A stretch of DNA of 49,844 nucleotides from IMG/VR virus record IMGVR_UViG_2061766007_000468; one strand, written 5' to 3'. Below the pieces are notes generated by a model, which was not told where the DNA came from, made no database searches, and saw nothing but the letters and a program-made list of their open reading frames with translations. The stretch's first letter is position 1; each line of letters starts with the position of its first letter. The DNA comes from an uncultured virus (IMG/VR IMGVR_UViG_2061766007_000468) (lineage: Duplodnaviria; Heunggongvirae; Uroviricota; Caudoviricetes). Both the position numbers and the translations under genes were made by a program. Positions 49,429-49,844 of this stretch are shown here, piece by piece.

Positions 49429-49465
49429 AAATGCCAGTTGACAAGACTGGCATTTTTGCTATATT
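49429..49465 (+). promoter_or_regulatory. Terminator-like hairpin fused with promoter; probably leaderless
   Basis: AAATGCCAGT / ACTGGCATTT around TTGACA; TGCTATATT; ATG 49473; near copy of 41046-41082. Confidence 0.75.
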
Positions 49466-49673
49466 TAGTTACATGAATAAGTTATACATCCTCATGCATC
49501 GCGAAATGCAGTTCTCTGGGAAGGGCGACCCAGACCACTGGAACGAAACCGTCATCGCCCAGTCCACAGACAAGTCCTTCATCGACAAGATCGTCAAGGA
49601 CAACAACCTAGCCCTCGGCGACATCAATGACATCTGGGACTTCAACCACAAGTACTTCGTCAANNNNNNNNNN

Positions 49674-49844
49674 TTTGTTCATCCGCATCGCTATGAACGA
49701 AGCCCTCAAGAGGGAAATCCCCGTCATCATCCTTAGTCGTACAAAGTCTCTCGAAGCATATGTCGGACTCATCAACAGCATCACCCAGCCCGTGCTCGTG
49801 GTGATGGACGAGTTCGAGAAGAACTTCGACACGGACGACAAGAG
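49674..49844 (+). repeat. Third partial copy or allele of the AAA ATPase gene
   Basis: LFIRIAMNEALKR...VVMDEFEKNFDTDDK matches 33780-33949. Confidence 0.75.

Overview
A gene-dense, mostly + strand segment that looks like the accessory/early region of a large (jumbo-type) bacteriophage from an anaerobic gut or rumen-like community. This origin is inferred from many small unknown ORFs, a membrane-anchored lytic transglycosylase and auxiliary metabolic genes; no hallmark capsid or terminase gene is in the window. It is a gapped scaffold in which near-duplicate allelic fragments flank many N-runs. The main feature is ten paralogous 135-245 aa proteins that begin M(K/R)T(I/V)RxxVFETNSS(S/A)xH and have highly variable middles. 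They are interleaved with two radical SAM enzymes, a Nif3/YbgI-family metalloprotein and a glutamine-dependent NAD+ synthetase, and one copy lies near a ferredoxin-fusion gene. This is a candidate undescribed radical-SAM/substrate system. The window also holds six TnpB-type loci (IS200/605 and IS607-like), two of them inserted after TTGAC in genes that are restored in frame on excision. It has a recurring TTGACA-N16/17-(TGc)TATATT promoter, sometimes fused with a terminator-like hairpin and an apparently leaderless ATG, and a TATAAACT motif upstream of every TnpB element whose 5' end is visible. Other genes include an OFA-like MFS transporter, two glycosyltransferase-like genes, an AAA ATPase, a GNAT acetyltransferase, a histidine phosphatase and an HD-like protein. 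No rRNA, tRNA or CRISPR array was seen. All family calls are from motif recognition by eye, not database searches.
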